Of a DNA stretch of 64,000 bases, positions 23,254 through 37,422 are shown in pieces. Each line of letters begins with the position of its first letter. Position 1 is the stretch's first letter. The stretch comes from Salpingoeca rosetta (Eukaryota; Protista; Choanoflagellata): positions 565,843-629,842 of the forward strand of contig JAWQFM010000025.1 in the NCBI GenBank assembly GCA_033442325.1, written 5' to 3'. Below the pieces are notes generated by a model. That model was not told the origin of the DNA and made no database searches. It saw only the letters and a list, made by a program, of their open reading frames with translations. A program made the position numbers and the translations under genes.

Positions 23254-24929
23254 GATGAAAGATGACACTGAGAAACGACAACGACATCAAGTCCACGTCT
23301 CGCATTCTCAACAAATGTGAACGCCAACGACCACACGAACACACCACAAACTACATCCAGCCACACCCCAATCGCATGATCGCATGCACATCTGTGTCTC
23401 ACATACCTTGCATTCGCGCTGTCGCCTCGCTAGCACACTTGCCGTCGCAGGCGCAAGAGGAAGTCCAGGCAGTCAAGAAAGAAGTCCAGGAAGTCCAGGA
23501 AGAAGCAGAAGAAGAAGAAGTCCAAGACGAAGAAGAAGAAGACGAAGGGCAGGCACCGGAGCGTGCAGAACAAGAAGCGCGCTGCCCTGCGTCATGCTGT
23601 TGCCGCCGAGTACAGCTCGTCCTCCAGCCGCGTCCACACCGCCGCCCCCATGCGCCTGCCTTGCCCCGCCGCTGTTAACCAGCACAATCTCATGCGGATG
23701 CCAATGCAAGCTCCAATGCAAGCGCCCATGCACATGCACGCTCCCAAGCAAGCACCGATGCCAATGCACGTGCCAATGCATGTGCCAATGCAAGCCAGCC
23801 GCGTCCACACGGCTGTCCCCATGCGACCACCTCCTCACTTCTCTGCCGGCACTGTCAACCAGCGCAATCCCATGCCGATGCCCATGCAAGCGCCAATGCC
23901 AGCGTCGTTGCAGGCGTCAATGTGCATGCCAATGGCAATGCAGGTGCAGGGGCACTTGTACGGCAGCACAAGTCACGCGGTCCGTGCAGGCTTCACTCCT
24001 GTCACCACAGCCACCCACAACACGAGCTCCAGTTACGTGCGTGCCGCCGCTGTCACTGCTAACCACACCAGCAACCACACCAGCTCAGCTTTCGTGCCAG
24101 CTCCCACAGCCAACCCTGGTTACGTGACTGCTGCTGTCGCCCCAGGCCCCATCACCGCCACCAGCATGACGACGACGTTCAACAAGAACGGGCGCAGTTC
24201 CAAGGGGATGAATGCGAGCGCTGGACAGCAGCTTGATCGCAGCAACGGCGCCGCCAAAGCCAAGGTCAGCCTGACACACACATGCACGCACATGCACACA
24301 CGCACACACAAACACAGGGGTATGTGGTGTCAGTGTGAGCAAAGGTGCAACGAGGTCAAGTCTGCGCCCGCACACACACACACACATACACACACACAAC
24401 AGCAAACACAACAAAACCCAAAGCACGTGTGCTGCACTCCACACTCACATCGCACCTGCTTGCGCGTGGATGTCACCAGGTTGGCCGTTCCTGCCACAAA
24501 GACGATGGTGGACAGCAGTGCAAGCACGTGCAGCCGGCACCACCACCAGCCACAACAGACGCCCTGCTCGAGATGGTGCTCGCTGGCAACCTTGGTGGCG
24601 GCGGTGCAGACTTCATGTCCACAGACGGCCATGCTGAGACAGCGACGATGCTTGAGCTCTTCGCAGCCGCGCTGGCAGAGTCACAGGGCACAGAGGCTGT
24701 CCCAGACCACCAACACCACCGGCCCAACACGCTTGTAGATGTGCACATGAGGAACGCACTGCTCGGCGATGCAGTGCGGTGCTCAAGCATGCGGCCGTGC
24801 ATGATCGAGCTGAAGGCGCGGGCTGCCATGTGGATGATGAACGTGTTGCAGCACATGCCACCAAGCACCACCAGCAGGAACAACGACGACGGCGACAGCG
24901 CTGATGGTGGCGACGTGCTGGTGGTGTGA
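22705..24929 (+). CDS. Hypothetical low-complexity protein (SD repeats, Lys/Arg-rich patch, Met/Pro-rich repeats)
   Basis: Exons ~22705-22781, ~22993-23125, ~23451-24263, ~24480-24929 with canonical GT/AG. One internal junction is not phase-resolved. Confidence 0.5.
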
Positions 24930-25529
24930 GGGAGAGTCGAAGCGAGGGGGGAGGGGGCGGTGACGTGTTGGCTGATGGTGCTGCTGGCGGTCGATGGCAT
25001 TCCGTTGTGGTGGTTGGTGATTGCGATGAAGGGATCCGAGAGGTGTGCATGCACGATGGGGTGTGTTCGCATGCCACTTCCGGCGTTCTTGTGCCTGTTG
25101 CTTGATCGCACATGTCGCTTGTCCGTCACTGTCGTTGGTGTCGTAGTTATCGATGTCAACCGTTGCTGGTGCTGCTGCCGTGTGCGTGAATTGCGTGTGT
25201 GTTCGTGTGGATGTCGTGGTTCGGCTGCAGTGCTAGTACTGCGTCTGTGGGTGCGTGTGCTGCTGTTGTTTGCTGCCGAGGTTGATGACCTTCATCTCAC
25301 TGATGATGCCACTGTTGTCGGTGCGATTGTTGCCATGACTATCACTGTGCTGCTTTGTGTCACTCCGCGTCTTTCCATTCAGCCAGTGGTGATTGTTGCA
25401 GGTGATTTGCTGCTTGTACATGTGTCATCGTGTCCGCATCTTCCAATGGACAACAATGTGTCAGAACACGTGCATTCAGGGGAGGCGGGGTGAGACGATG
25501 CAGAGAAGCGTGGCACAACGCAACAGTGC

Positions 25530-25598
<69 letters not shown>

Positions 25599-25629
25599 GT
25601 TATGTGTAGGACTCAACCTCACCTGTTGA

Positions 25630-25705
25630 AATTGGAAAAGCGCTGAACAGCAGCAGGCACATTTCGCAATTGGAAAAGCGCTGAACAGCAGCAAGCACAC
25701 ATCGC
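25630..25705. repeat. 38-bp tandem duplication, intergenic
   Basis: aattggaaaagcgctgaacagcagca at 25630 and 25668. Confidence 0.9.
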
Positions 25706-27568
25706 TGTCCTCCTCGCCCACAACAACCATCCACACCACACACCGCCACCATGTAGGACGTGGCACAAGCGCTGCTTACAGGGCTTTTCAGCCACCCTCA
25801 ATCAGAAGTCCTGCCACACACGTAAGGAGCAGTGGACAGCGTGGCTTGGGTGCTGGTGTGGCGTGCGCGTGTGAATGCTGCCTGCGGTTCACGATTGCAA
25901 GCGTTATGGCATCTCTTGGCTGTAGTGGGCGGGGCTGTTGGTCTCATCATCTCACCACCTGTCTCGCCCTCCACAACTCACACTGCTGCTGCTGTTGCTG
26001 TTGCTGCTGTTGCTGCTGCTGTCACATTCAGCTTGCACCACCACCTTCATCTCCATCACCCATCAGACACGAGTGCCAACAAGATCACGACGGCCACCAA
26101 GAAGTCGACGACGATGATGATGAAGGTGAAGGCGCCAGCGACGAAGAACGAGGCAGCGGCTCTGCTCCGGGCTGTTGCAGTAGAAAGGTGTTCGTCACAC
26201 CACCAGCATCCCCATCATCGTCGTCATCAGCGTCACCAGCACCACGCCATCATGACAATGGTGATGATGGTGATGGTGGTGGTGGTGGTGGAAGGCATCC
26301 AGACAGCCGTCCAATACAGCGAAGCCATGACTGCCACCATTGGGCAGTAAGCACTCGCATCACTTCAAGCAAGCACGTCGCTGCCATCTTCGTCTTCGCT
26401 CTGGTGAGGTAACAAACAAACAAACAAACAAACAAACAGCATGCATGCACGCATGACGATGATGATGGTGATGATGGTGGGTGTTGTCAGGGAATGGCAT
26501 GAGCAACAGGGGAAGGGAGTAGCGGTAATGAATGCTTTGATAGCAAAGCAGTGACTGGACGCGACAACACATACACACACGCACGCTGGTGTCAGCCACG
26601 CACACACACACACACACACATTCACACATGCATTCACACGTGTGTGCATACTCACGTCTCTCGCCTGCATGTGTGGTGCCATGATACGTGGTCTTCCCTG
26701 GTCGTCACCATCATCGCCATCATCAACCGCAACACCCATGACGCCGTATCAGCAAACTGTCACCATCTCATCTCTTCGCAATGACCGCAACACTGGCTGG
26801 GGCGGTGCTGGGACAGATGTTTGCTCTGCCATCACCACCATCACCACCACCATCATCACCATCACCAGCAGCATCAGTGAAGATAGACGGTGATGATGGT
26901 GATGGCGACCGCGCTCGTGTTGAGGTGGAGATGCAGCGGGTCATGCACTTCCAATGACGCAACCCAAAGCCACCGCCCCAATGGCAGTGACCGCCACCAC
27001 CACCACTATCACCGCATGTGTAAACCATCAACGCGTGTGCTGTCATCGTCACAACACTGCAGCCATGAAAGCATCGATTCAAAGCACTCATGGCTCCACC
27101 CCTGTCCTCTTCCTAACAACTATCAGCCACACACACGCGCGCTGCTGCTGTTGTTGCTGTTGCTGCTGCTGCTGTCGTGAAAATACCTCTGCTCTCACAC
27201 ACATGTGCGCGTGTGCATGTCCTTGTCACCGGCCTAACCGCCACTGTGTCCCTGCGGTCACCACAATCGCGCTTGAGCATGTGTTGCTGCTGTCATGGTT
27301 GTTATGGTTCATGTCGCGAGCACTCGACTCCATCTTCGTCTCTTGCTGCTGCTGTTGGTGTATGTGGCGCTGTGTGCTGCCACGTGCGTTGCTGTCGTGG
27401 TTGAGTCATCAACACATCCACACGTTCGTGCTGTGGTCGCAGTGCCCGCTCCTGCTTCAACACACACACACGAACACACGCGCGAGAGAGTGTGAGTGAA
27501 CATTGGCACATAGCCGGTGCACACACGTGTGAGCGGTTGAGAGAAAGCAAGTGCTGATTGCATGTGTG

Positions 27569-27613
<45 letters not shown>

Positions 27614-30600
27614 GTGACGGTGTGTGCATGTGTGCGTTGGTGTGTGTGACGGTGTACAAGTGCTCGAACCTTGCAACGGTGGCTCAAAGGATGAGGCTGT
27701 GGGTAAGTAAGCAGGTGGGTGCGTGTGGGTGCGTGTTTGTGCTCGCGTGTGCGAGCGTATGCCGGGGTTATTCACATTCCTATTTCCGATTCGATGCCAA
27801 AATCAAACAAGCAAACGAGTTTGAGCACATCAAAATCGCTGACGTTGCGCTACATGAAGGAATTTCACTGCCGTCATGTGTCGCAAACAGATGACGTGAA
27901 CCCACCGACACACGAGAGCAGCGTGGACATTTGTGTGCGTTTCTGAAGAATGTGGATAAGCAATGGCATGGTGCTGCTGTCCTCACCTCGTCGTTGCTGG
28001 TGGTGGTGGATGTGGTCTGGTCACGTCGGTCATGTCATGGGTGCTCTTGATGTCCTGTCGTGGATCTTGAGTTTGAGGCGGAAACGATCGTAAGATCGCA
28101 CGAGCACCCTTCCAGCCTTCCACCTCAGATGGGCCAAACACGCCTCACTCACGCCACGCTAGCGTACTGCTGCTGCTGCCATGGCTCCACGCTCAGCTCT
28201 CGTGCTGCCTCCCTGGTGCGCACAATCCGGCTATTCCACCATTATCCCTCGTCCACTGCTGCGGTTGTGGGATGAGGCTGTGGAGTGGCACCCGGTAGTA
28301 GTAGCGGCTGGCGGTGGAGGTGCGGCTGATGATGGCAGCGATTTGAAGATTGACGCCGTCCACGCGCGCGCACACACACACACACACAGCACGACGACAA
28401 GGCATGCTGTACGGCAATCGAATGTTGGTGAAAGGGGGAGAGGGCCGTGAGCAGGCGCATTGATGGTGTGAGCATATATGTGTGTACGTGTGTGTTGGTG
28501 AAAGCTTCAAGTTCAAATACCCGCTATCAACCACAGAAGCGCCCCAAGAAAGACACAACACAAACTATCAATCAACCAGCTTGTCATTGCAACACGTGAA
28601 CGTTGCCACATCGCCAGCGTCCACCACCAATAACAGCACGACTCACCTGGCATACACTGTGTAGGAAGGCGTGGTGGCCGTCTGCAGTGCACAAGACACC
28701 AACCAGCGTGATGACCGCGGTGACGACTTGATGGGGGAGGATCAATGCTGCATTTTCGTCATTTCCCGGTCAGCGCAACATTAACGCATGACAGCGATTG
28801 CCAGTTGGCTGGAGGCGCTGTTTTGGGAGTGGATTGAGCCGGCATCATCACCTTCATCACCCTGACGATCGAACAAGCAAGTGTGTGAGGCCATGCACAT
28901 GCGTGCGTGTGTGTCTGTGTGTGTGTGTGTGTTTGTGTTTGTGTGTGCATCTGTACGTGCGTGCGTACTATACTGGCTTTCTGTTTGGGTCAAGAGGAAC
29001 AGAGAGAACACATGCATGATGGCACATTCACACACACACACACAAGACACTGACGAGTGGTTTCAGCGAGGTTGGAGGTCGCACCAATGACAAGAGGCCA
29101 TGTCAGCCTGTGGCAGCCTCTGCACGCGCTCTGTGTGGCAGTACAGACGCTAATACAACAGCAACACTGAAACAACCACGGGCATCGCAGTTGCAGAGGC
29201 AAGGGTGAGGCTAAATTGCCACAGCACCATGTCCCGTCAACAAACATGCTTGCAAGCATGCAAGCAAGCATAGCATCGTGTCGCCTGTTCATGCTGCATG
29301 GCTTTTGATTGGGGTATTCTCACGAAAACACCCATGCCGCCAACGGCTATCAGTTCACACATCAAGCGCATCCACCGCCCAATCAGGGCTTCACGAGGGC
29401 CGCACCACACACGCACAACACACCCACACGCACACACGCACACACAAAACCACGCGCGCTCAGTCAAGCTTACCTGGAGAAGGCAAGCCTGGTTGGTTGG
29501 TTGCTGCATTCCTGCTCAATAGCCCGTGGTCTACTCTCAGCGACCGATTACACACGCACAATTCAAGACGGTGAGGCAGTGCACAGCACACGCTGCAAGC
29601 CGCTGCAGATGAATTGTGGATACGTGAGGCAGTGTGTGAGGAGCGGGATTCAGACGGCACAGAGCAAAGGGTTGGAAGCAGAACCCCCCTTGCATCATCA
29701 ACGTCAAACTGCGTGTACCAAAGACAAAACCAAAAACAAGCGCTTGCTTGCCTGCATGGAGGCACATGTGAAGGCGGGGCAGGACAACAACACAGCACAA
29801 GACACGCACACATCCTGTGTGCATATCGAGCCGTGCAAGCAGGCAACCCGCAAACCCACAAAGAACTCACCCCTATTTCTTCTTGGTGCTTGAAGATGTC
29901 GTCATCTCTGCCGTGTGCCCATGCTGCCCTGCCATGCAACTGTCATCGTGTATGTTGCAGGGGGGGGAGAAGCTAGATGAGATGTGAGGTCAACAGCAAC
30001 CAGAGCTCATCATTGTCGTGGATGGATGATGTAAACACGGCTGACATGCACATGCATGAACGCACACACACACACACACACCTGAAGCGAAGCAGTGGTG
30101 AGCAGAGAGCGCATGACCATACGTGCAAGTGCGATGATGCGCAGTGAGCACACGACCGTTGCTACTCTTCAACTTGCGACCACCAGTATACTTGAGATCA
30201 TCACTCATGAGCAGCACTCACACTCGCTCTCTTCTCCACGGTTTCAGGATGTGTTCTCCTCTTCACTTCTGCTCATTCCAGTGCGCTTGCTGTGTGCTGA
30301 GGCCATCATAGTGTTGCCTTCCTCGTTCCCCATCTCTCCACACAAACACACACAAGCACGCACATGCGCACCAATCAACTACTACAGCACTGCTTTGCTT
30401 TTTGTGCGTGTGCTTCACAAGCTAGAGAAGAATGGGGAAGTTGGACTGAATTCAGTCCACACACACTCGCCTCCTCTTCCTTTCACCCTGCTCAAAAGTC
30501 GAGAACGTTGGCACTTCAGCAAGGCAGCTGCAGCTTCCTTCTGTTTGTTGAAGCCGAGCGAGCGAACAAGAAGCAAGCTGTGTCTCATGTCACTCAATAC

Positions 30601-31539
30601 TTGCACTTTGTCTTGTCAGCTGTGTTTTTGTGCGAGCCGCTATGTAGGTGTGTAGTTGCGTTGCCTACACAAAGTAGGGGCAAACAAGCCAGCTGGCCTC
30701 TTGTCTTCTTGTGCACTTGCCGTCTGCATCACATCACTTCTTCTCTTCCGCAGTGCCTTTGCCTTCGGTCCATCCAGTTCTCTTCCAACAGCTACAACAA
30801 GAAAGTAGCACGTCAGCCCGTTCCGCCCCCTGCACTGCCCCTACCCCTCCCTCTGTTTCGTTTCGCTGCTAGCAGCTTCCTTTGATCTGTTGCCCATGTA
30901 CCCCTTTCCTGGCCCCTCTCGCACAAAGGGGAGCAAGTGCGCTCTGCAGGTAACAGCACAATGCGTGACCACTCAAGCATTCATCTACTTCCATCACACA
31001 GCAAGATCACCTCCAAGCTGAAGGTAGCAGCGACTTTGGTGCACAGGCATCATCTCCACTGCGTGCGTGCAGCACAGCAGTCCTAATCAATCAGGATGCC
31101 CTGTTTTCGCAAACTGGCGCCAGTTTGTTGCTGGCGCCAGAAATGAACGCTTTCTGTCATTTCGACGATAAGAGAAGGATTTGCTCCGCAAAGGGTAATG
31201 TCGTCAGTCGGACATGCGTGCGTTTGCTTTCTCTCTCACCACACATAAACACACAATCAATTGCCTTGACAAGACAACAGGTCCGCGCGCAGACTCAGCG
31301 TCCACTGCTCTTATTCATCGAAGCACACCGCCTTCGACACGACCACAGCCATGCTGCGGAGATGTGACCAACAACAGCACGACATCGACAGCGACGCGGG
31401 GAGGGCAACGCACATGGATGAGGCAGTACAGGCAAGGAAATGGAATAATGACACTCAAGCAACACCAGCAGCATCAACACAAGCTGTCGACAATCAGCCT
31501 CCATCACAACAATAACAGCAGTCGACACAGCCGTCTTCG

Positions 31540-32822
31540 TTGTCACCGTTTCCATCACGCTCGACACGTACAGCTCAGCTCGGGCGCACAATTCAGCCAC
31601 AGCCATGGTCACCAGCCGCTCCAGGTGCAGCAGTGTGTGCGCCAGCCACAACCACAGCCTCGACGTGCATGGATCCTGTCCCCTTCGTGCCATCGACAAC
31701 AAGCACCAAGCCACAGCCCCCAAGGTCAAGTGCATCCTCGAAGCAGCTACATCTGTTGGCAGCATTCCTGGCAGCAGCAGCACCATCTCAGCAACAACAG
31801 CAACAACACCCACCAATGCAGTTGCATCAGAACCAAGCACTTCCCACCCCAACCGCTTCAGCAGCTACAGCGACGACAATGAGCGTGCATGCACTTGCAC
31901 ACCAACCAACCCATGTGCGCTTCTCTCCACCGCCACAGAACAGCACTGTGTACCGCGACCGTCCTGTCGATACCAACCATGCACGTTGGCTCGCAAAAGA
32001 CGCCTCGACAACAGCAGCTACGACAGCAGCTACTGAGTGAAACACAGCAAGTGTCGACAAACCAGCACAAGCAAGGCCTGCCCGTTTGTCGACCGGCAGT
32101 GATAGCAGCAGAGAAGATTGCAGTTGGCTGAGACCATGACACCAGGCGAGCCGGCGGAGCACCGCCATGAATTCCACCACCACCACAACGGCCGCGAAGT
32201 GGAAGACGATGCTGTGGTCGCTCCATCATCACCGCACTGTCGTGGACTGATGCCCAGTACTCGCGACCTGCATGAGCAGGACACAGACAAGAAGCCGAGC
32301 CCCGCGCATGCAACTGCTCAACTTACACACGCATCACAGCAGCAGCAACATCAATGGCTGCAGCAGCAACAACAGCATGAACCAGTACAACAGCAGCAGG
32401 AGGATGAGATGCAGAAGGGTGGTGGTAGAGGCGGCAGGCTGCGTGGCTCAAACACCCCCTCGTTGGTGTTCCCTCCAAACTGCACACGCAAGGAAGCTGT
32501 CCCAAGCAAGGCCAGGAAGCAACCACGTGTCAGCAGACCCGCAAAGTCAAACAAGCCAACCGCAATTCGCAGGGAGGACCCAGCCATACGCCAGCTGATC
32601 CTCAAATGCCGAGAACGAGAACGCCAGAAGCAGCAGCAACAGGAACCACAACGGGCTCAACAGCAACGCGCAGGCAAGCACCGGGCAACGCGTGAGGCAA
32701 CGGTGAATCGCCAACAACACCCTGCAAAGAGAAAGCAGCAAGTCGGCAAGGCAAGGACGAGGTTGTGTCCGGCGTTGCTCCAGGAAACAAGGATCCATTC
32801 GACAACAAGCGCTCAGGAGTAG
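31540..32822 (+). CDS. Possible Q-rich orphan gene(s)
   Basis: Two consecutive microsatellite-free Q/basic ORFs (31540-32040, 32118-32822). No domain recognised. Confidence 0.3.
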
Positions 32823-33383
32823 CAGCAACAATTGCAGCAGCACGAAAAGAAGAGTAACATGCAGCAGCAGGAAGCAGCGGCAGCGGCAGCAGCCTTGTGG
32901 CGAAAGTGGCGGTGATGGTGATGGCAGCCATTTGGATACTGCGGGTGTGTGTGGGGTGCTATACGAGGCGCAATCATTCGAGATCACACCACAGACGACG
33001 ATGAAGCTAATTGTGTGGTGACGATGATGATGGTTGATGAGAGTCCGAGAGCGTCACGGTCGCTGTGGTGAGGAGAGTCAGACGTGTGATGACTTGTGGG
33101 ATGGACGCGCTTCAGTCTTGCCCTCGTGTGCCCATGTTCGTGCGCACCAGAATTGGGCATTGTCAGATGTTTGTTCAAGAGTTCAAGTGACAGTGCGGTG
33201 ACAGCAATATGTCACACAACGAGTAAAGGCACGCGGAATTCACAACAGTGGTGAACCACATCACGTTGCATATTGTGTTGTCCTCAGAGCTACACGACAT
33301 GCTCCTATTTCAACTCCGTCTCTGCTTGTATGCTGTGATACCCATTGCTTGGGAACTGTTTCCACATTCACCGTCTCCCAATA

Positions 33384-33511
33384 CACAACCGCTCATCTCA
33401 AGCCCTTCTGCTTCCATCACACGAGTTCAGAGTACCGTGCCCTCACAACCGCTCATCTCAAGCCCTTCTGCTCCCATCCCACGAGTTCAGAGTACCGTGC
33501 CCTCAAAACCG
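33384..33511. repeat. 60-bp tandem duplication (2 copies plus partial)
   Basis: cacaaccgctcatctcaagcccttctgct(t/c)ccatc(a/c)cacgagttcagagtaccgtgccct repeated with period 60. Confidence 0.92.
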
Positions 33512-34533
33512 ATTCACAGTGCATACCATTTTACCACAGGTCATGCGCAGCGGAGGGTCGTACTCAACGACAAAGGATGCAAGAGGAAAGCAGGAACAGC
33601 GGTACCAACAAGGCGCCGCGCTCACACGCACGCTCACAGGGTTTGGGGTGTCGTGGCAGCCAGCCGCCAAGATAATGGGCACGCAGCATGAGGAAACAAG
33701 GAGCAAGCACCGATAGCGACAGCGCAATGGCAAGGAGGGTGGCGGTGGTGGTGGTGATCAGAACAAACATGAACAGCCGTCCAAATGACCCATACATGCC
33801 ACATTGCTGCAGGTTACCGTGTCACTCCTCCACCACTGGCGGCTGGTTCACATGCACGCCGCTGCTTGTGACGTCAATCTCGCGACCGCACATGGCGCAG
33901 ACACGGCGAGGGGGCGGCATGGCAAGGGTAAGCAGTTGCCTGTGGCCGGGGAAGGGGAAGACAGGTGGAGAAGGTATGCATGTGTGAGAGTGAATGAGTG
34001 TGTGCGTGTGTGTGCATTTATGTGTGTGCGTGTGCTTATGTCACCACTGTGTGTGTATGTGCGTGGTAACACTGACAACAACAGAATTGCAGTATCGCAT
34101 GATGTGACCACGCCTTCACAACGTCATCACATCGTGCAATGGTGTCGATTCAGCTCGCAAGCATGGGGCCAAGGTGTGTGAGTGCACACACACGTACATA
34201 CACACATACATACACACACATGTGTCAATCCCTTGATGGATACTCACAAGGCAGGTGTCGGCGATGGCTTCAAAGGTGGTGATCTTCGCTCTGTGTTTTT
34301 GTGTGCGTGTGCGCGTGTGCAGAAACTTGGTGAGCTCAGCAGTGGGGATGACGACAGTTGCGCAAGACACGAGCTCTGCTCGTGCCAAGGGACAGCAAGA
34401 TGTTACCAGACAGCATGAATGCTTGAGCACGCCATGAAGTGAAAATAATTGTTGGGTGGATTCGAGGTTAAATTACTGTTGTCAAAACCAACGCTCACAT
34501 CATCAACAGCGCAACGACACAAAGCAACGCCAG

Positions 34534-34607
<74 letters not shown>

Positions 34608-34824
34608 NNNNNNNNNNNNNNNNNNNNNNNNNNNNNNNNNNNNNNNNNNNNNNNNNNNNNNNNNNNNNNNNNNNNNNNNNNNNNNNNNNNNNNNNNNNNN
34701 NNNNNNNNNNNNNNNNNNNNNNNNNNNNNNNNNNNNNNNNNNNNNNNGTTGTGAGAGGTAGCGGTCGCAGTAGAGATGAATCTCACTCTCACCCGCCCGC
34801 AAACCGTGAGGTTATCCCTCCGAG

Positions 34825-34909
<85 letters not shown>

Positions 34910-36265
34910 CACCAACGCACACACACTGGTCTTGCTGTTGCCACGCTCACCTTGGCTGTGACACCATGCAAATGTGTGCGGGCATGGTGAAACAGGACTT
35001 GCTGAAGCAAGGTCCACGTGTTGAGCTAGTTCAGAAGAAGGACGAGCCAAAGCGCACGCCGCGTCCGCTCCACGAACTCCTCCCACCGCACGTCCTGCAT
35101 CCACCATCACCGCGTCCCGTCCGCGCTCGAGGTCGCGTTCAGCCAACACGCCTGGTTCCCACGAAACCGCACGTGTGCACATGTGCCAGTCGCCGACGCG
35201 CCGCCGCCACCGCCGCTGCCACCGCCGCCGCTGATGCTGCTGGCCGCGGTGATAGTGGTGTTGATCGTGTCGACAGCGTTGATGGTGATCGTGGACGTGT
35301 GTGATCAGGTGTCCTTCAGATGGACACACACACACACTCGCACACATGTCCTGCTGGCCATGGCTTGGCCATTGACGCCTTTCGTGTTCTCTGTCTGTGA
35401 TATTTGCAGTCAGTGCAGTTGGTGTTGTCGGTCGCTGTCATCATGCTGTCGCTGTCATCATGCTGTCGCTGTCATGGTCGTGGTGCCACTGGTCGTGGTG
35501 TTCGCGGATGGTGTGTTGCATTCCCCCAAACCATTGCCGTTTGTGTCCTTTGTACCTTGATCGTTGATGTCTTCTGTTGTCTCTGGTCGCTGCTGATGCG
35601 GCTGCCTCATTGGGGTTGGTGATTGGGCTTGCTTCAATCCAAGCCTTCAAATCCCATCTGTCCATGTTCCTCTGCACGTCATGTTCCCTGTCGGCGGACA
35701 CATGCACACGCACACGCATACACACATACGGGTGAGAGGTTGTGAGTGAGGACAATGCACACACACAGCACTGCTTCATGCAATGCCCGCAACGGCTCAC
35801 GAGCAGCTTGCATCAATCGCCTCTGACATCACAATTTGAATCATTTACCTGGCATCGAATTAAACAACAACAAAATGTGTCGTGTGGTTGCGCACATACG
35901 AAAGTGAACCTGCCAACAGCCGCCAAAACTCACGCAAGCCATCTTCGCCCACAACAGCAGCGCACACCAGCACGAGAGAAGAAGCCGAGTAGGTTGGGGG
36001 ATGAAGGGAGGCAAGGGAGAAAGTAGTGTGGTTGTGTGCACCCGTGTGATTGTGTTTCAGGTTGGTGTGAGCGCTTGCGCGGTTGCGTGTATGTGTGGGT
36101 GGCTGTGCAAACATGAAGGAGTGCACAGGCACAACCAAGGTCCCACCCAGTGACACTCACACGCGCACGCACAAACGCGCACACGCACACGCGCTCACGT
36201 AAACAACCGACCTTGTGCCACAGCGGTTCACTGTACACAGCAGCAGTAGCGACAATCGCACAGAC

Positions 36266-36374
36266 ATGGATGACGCCATCCCAACCTTCTACAGCATCGT
36301 GAGTGCCTGCAGCGCAATGTGTGTGTGTGTGTGCATGAGTGCGCATGTGTATGCATGTCGTGGAAGCACGTGTG

Positions 36375-36418
<44 letters not shown>

Positions 36419-37026
36419 CGCGCGTGTGCGTGTGTGTGTGCGTGTGTGCAACAGTGAATCATGGGCACGTCTACAACCCCTTGCACCATCGCTTCTTCGT
36501 CACCACTAACGCACACACAACCCACACCCACACACACACAATTCCTCACACCCACCCTGTGTCGTGTACGCACCCTGTGCAGCGGGCGTGGATGCAAACC
36601 CAGCAGACGAGTGCTGCGCGTATGCGCGGTCTTCAATCAGTTCATCGCCGCATGGGCCGTCGCCGCCGCCACCGCCACCTTCCTCAATACTGGCTGGTCC
36701 TCAATCTTCTTGAGCGGGAGCGCAGTCGCCAACACCAACACCAACAGCGCCATCGTCGCTCGCAGCCGACAGCAGCAGCAACGCCACCGCATGCACCCAT
36801 GGTGACAGCAGCTGCTGGTACACGCGCCCACGACCCACAGCAGCAACAGCACGTGCCACAAGGGGTCCGTAAACCACTGCAGCAGTACCATGGCGCGACA
36901 TCACCGCCTGGTTATCCGGGACTCGCTCCCGTTTATGAGCAGATGATGATGATGACGACGATGACACCATTGGCGCCGACGGTGCAGCCGCTCCAGATGT
37001 ACCAGTCGTTCCCACAGCAGCGCGCT

Positions 37027-37057
<31 letters not shown>

Positions 37058-37422
37058 CAGCAACGCACCGCTTCTGCCACCACTGCCACCAGTACCACCA
37101 TCACGACCACTATCATTTCCACCACCAGGTTGTGGATGGTGGCCAACACGTGGTGGGACTCCGTCTGCCGCTGCCGCAGGGGCACATCGCTCATCCACCG
37201 CTGGGCGAGCGGCAGCAGCAGCGTATGCAGGGCGAGATTCTGGGCTCACATCCACACGTGCGGCGCAACGCGGCCGGTGAGCAACACGTCTTTCCCGCGC
37301 AGCACATGATGTTGGCTAGTCCTCCTCCTCCACCACCACCACCGCCGCCACCACGCCGCGCTGACAACAGCGGCGGAGACGGCGGCAGTGGCAGTGGCGT
37401 TGCTCAGGATGGCGAATGGTGA
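36266..37422 (+). CDS. Hypothetical H/Q/P-rich protein
   Basis: Short exon MDDAIPTFYSI|gtgag, a GT-repeat intron, then a ~320-codon exon to stop 37422. Confidence 0.4.

Noticed and set aside
33384-33511. Tandem units (also 20741-20838 and 25630-25705) as CRISPR-like arrays
   Set aside because: Only two head-to-tail copies, no unique spacers, no cas genes, eukaryotic context.
34748-34826. Short odd segment sharing 'gttatccct' with the reverse complement of 63571-63600
   Set aside because: Only a 9-bp match and gap-adjacent; not enough to define an element end.
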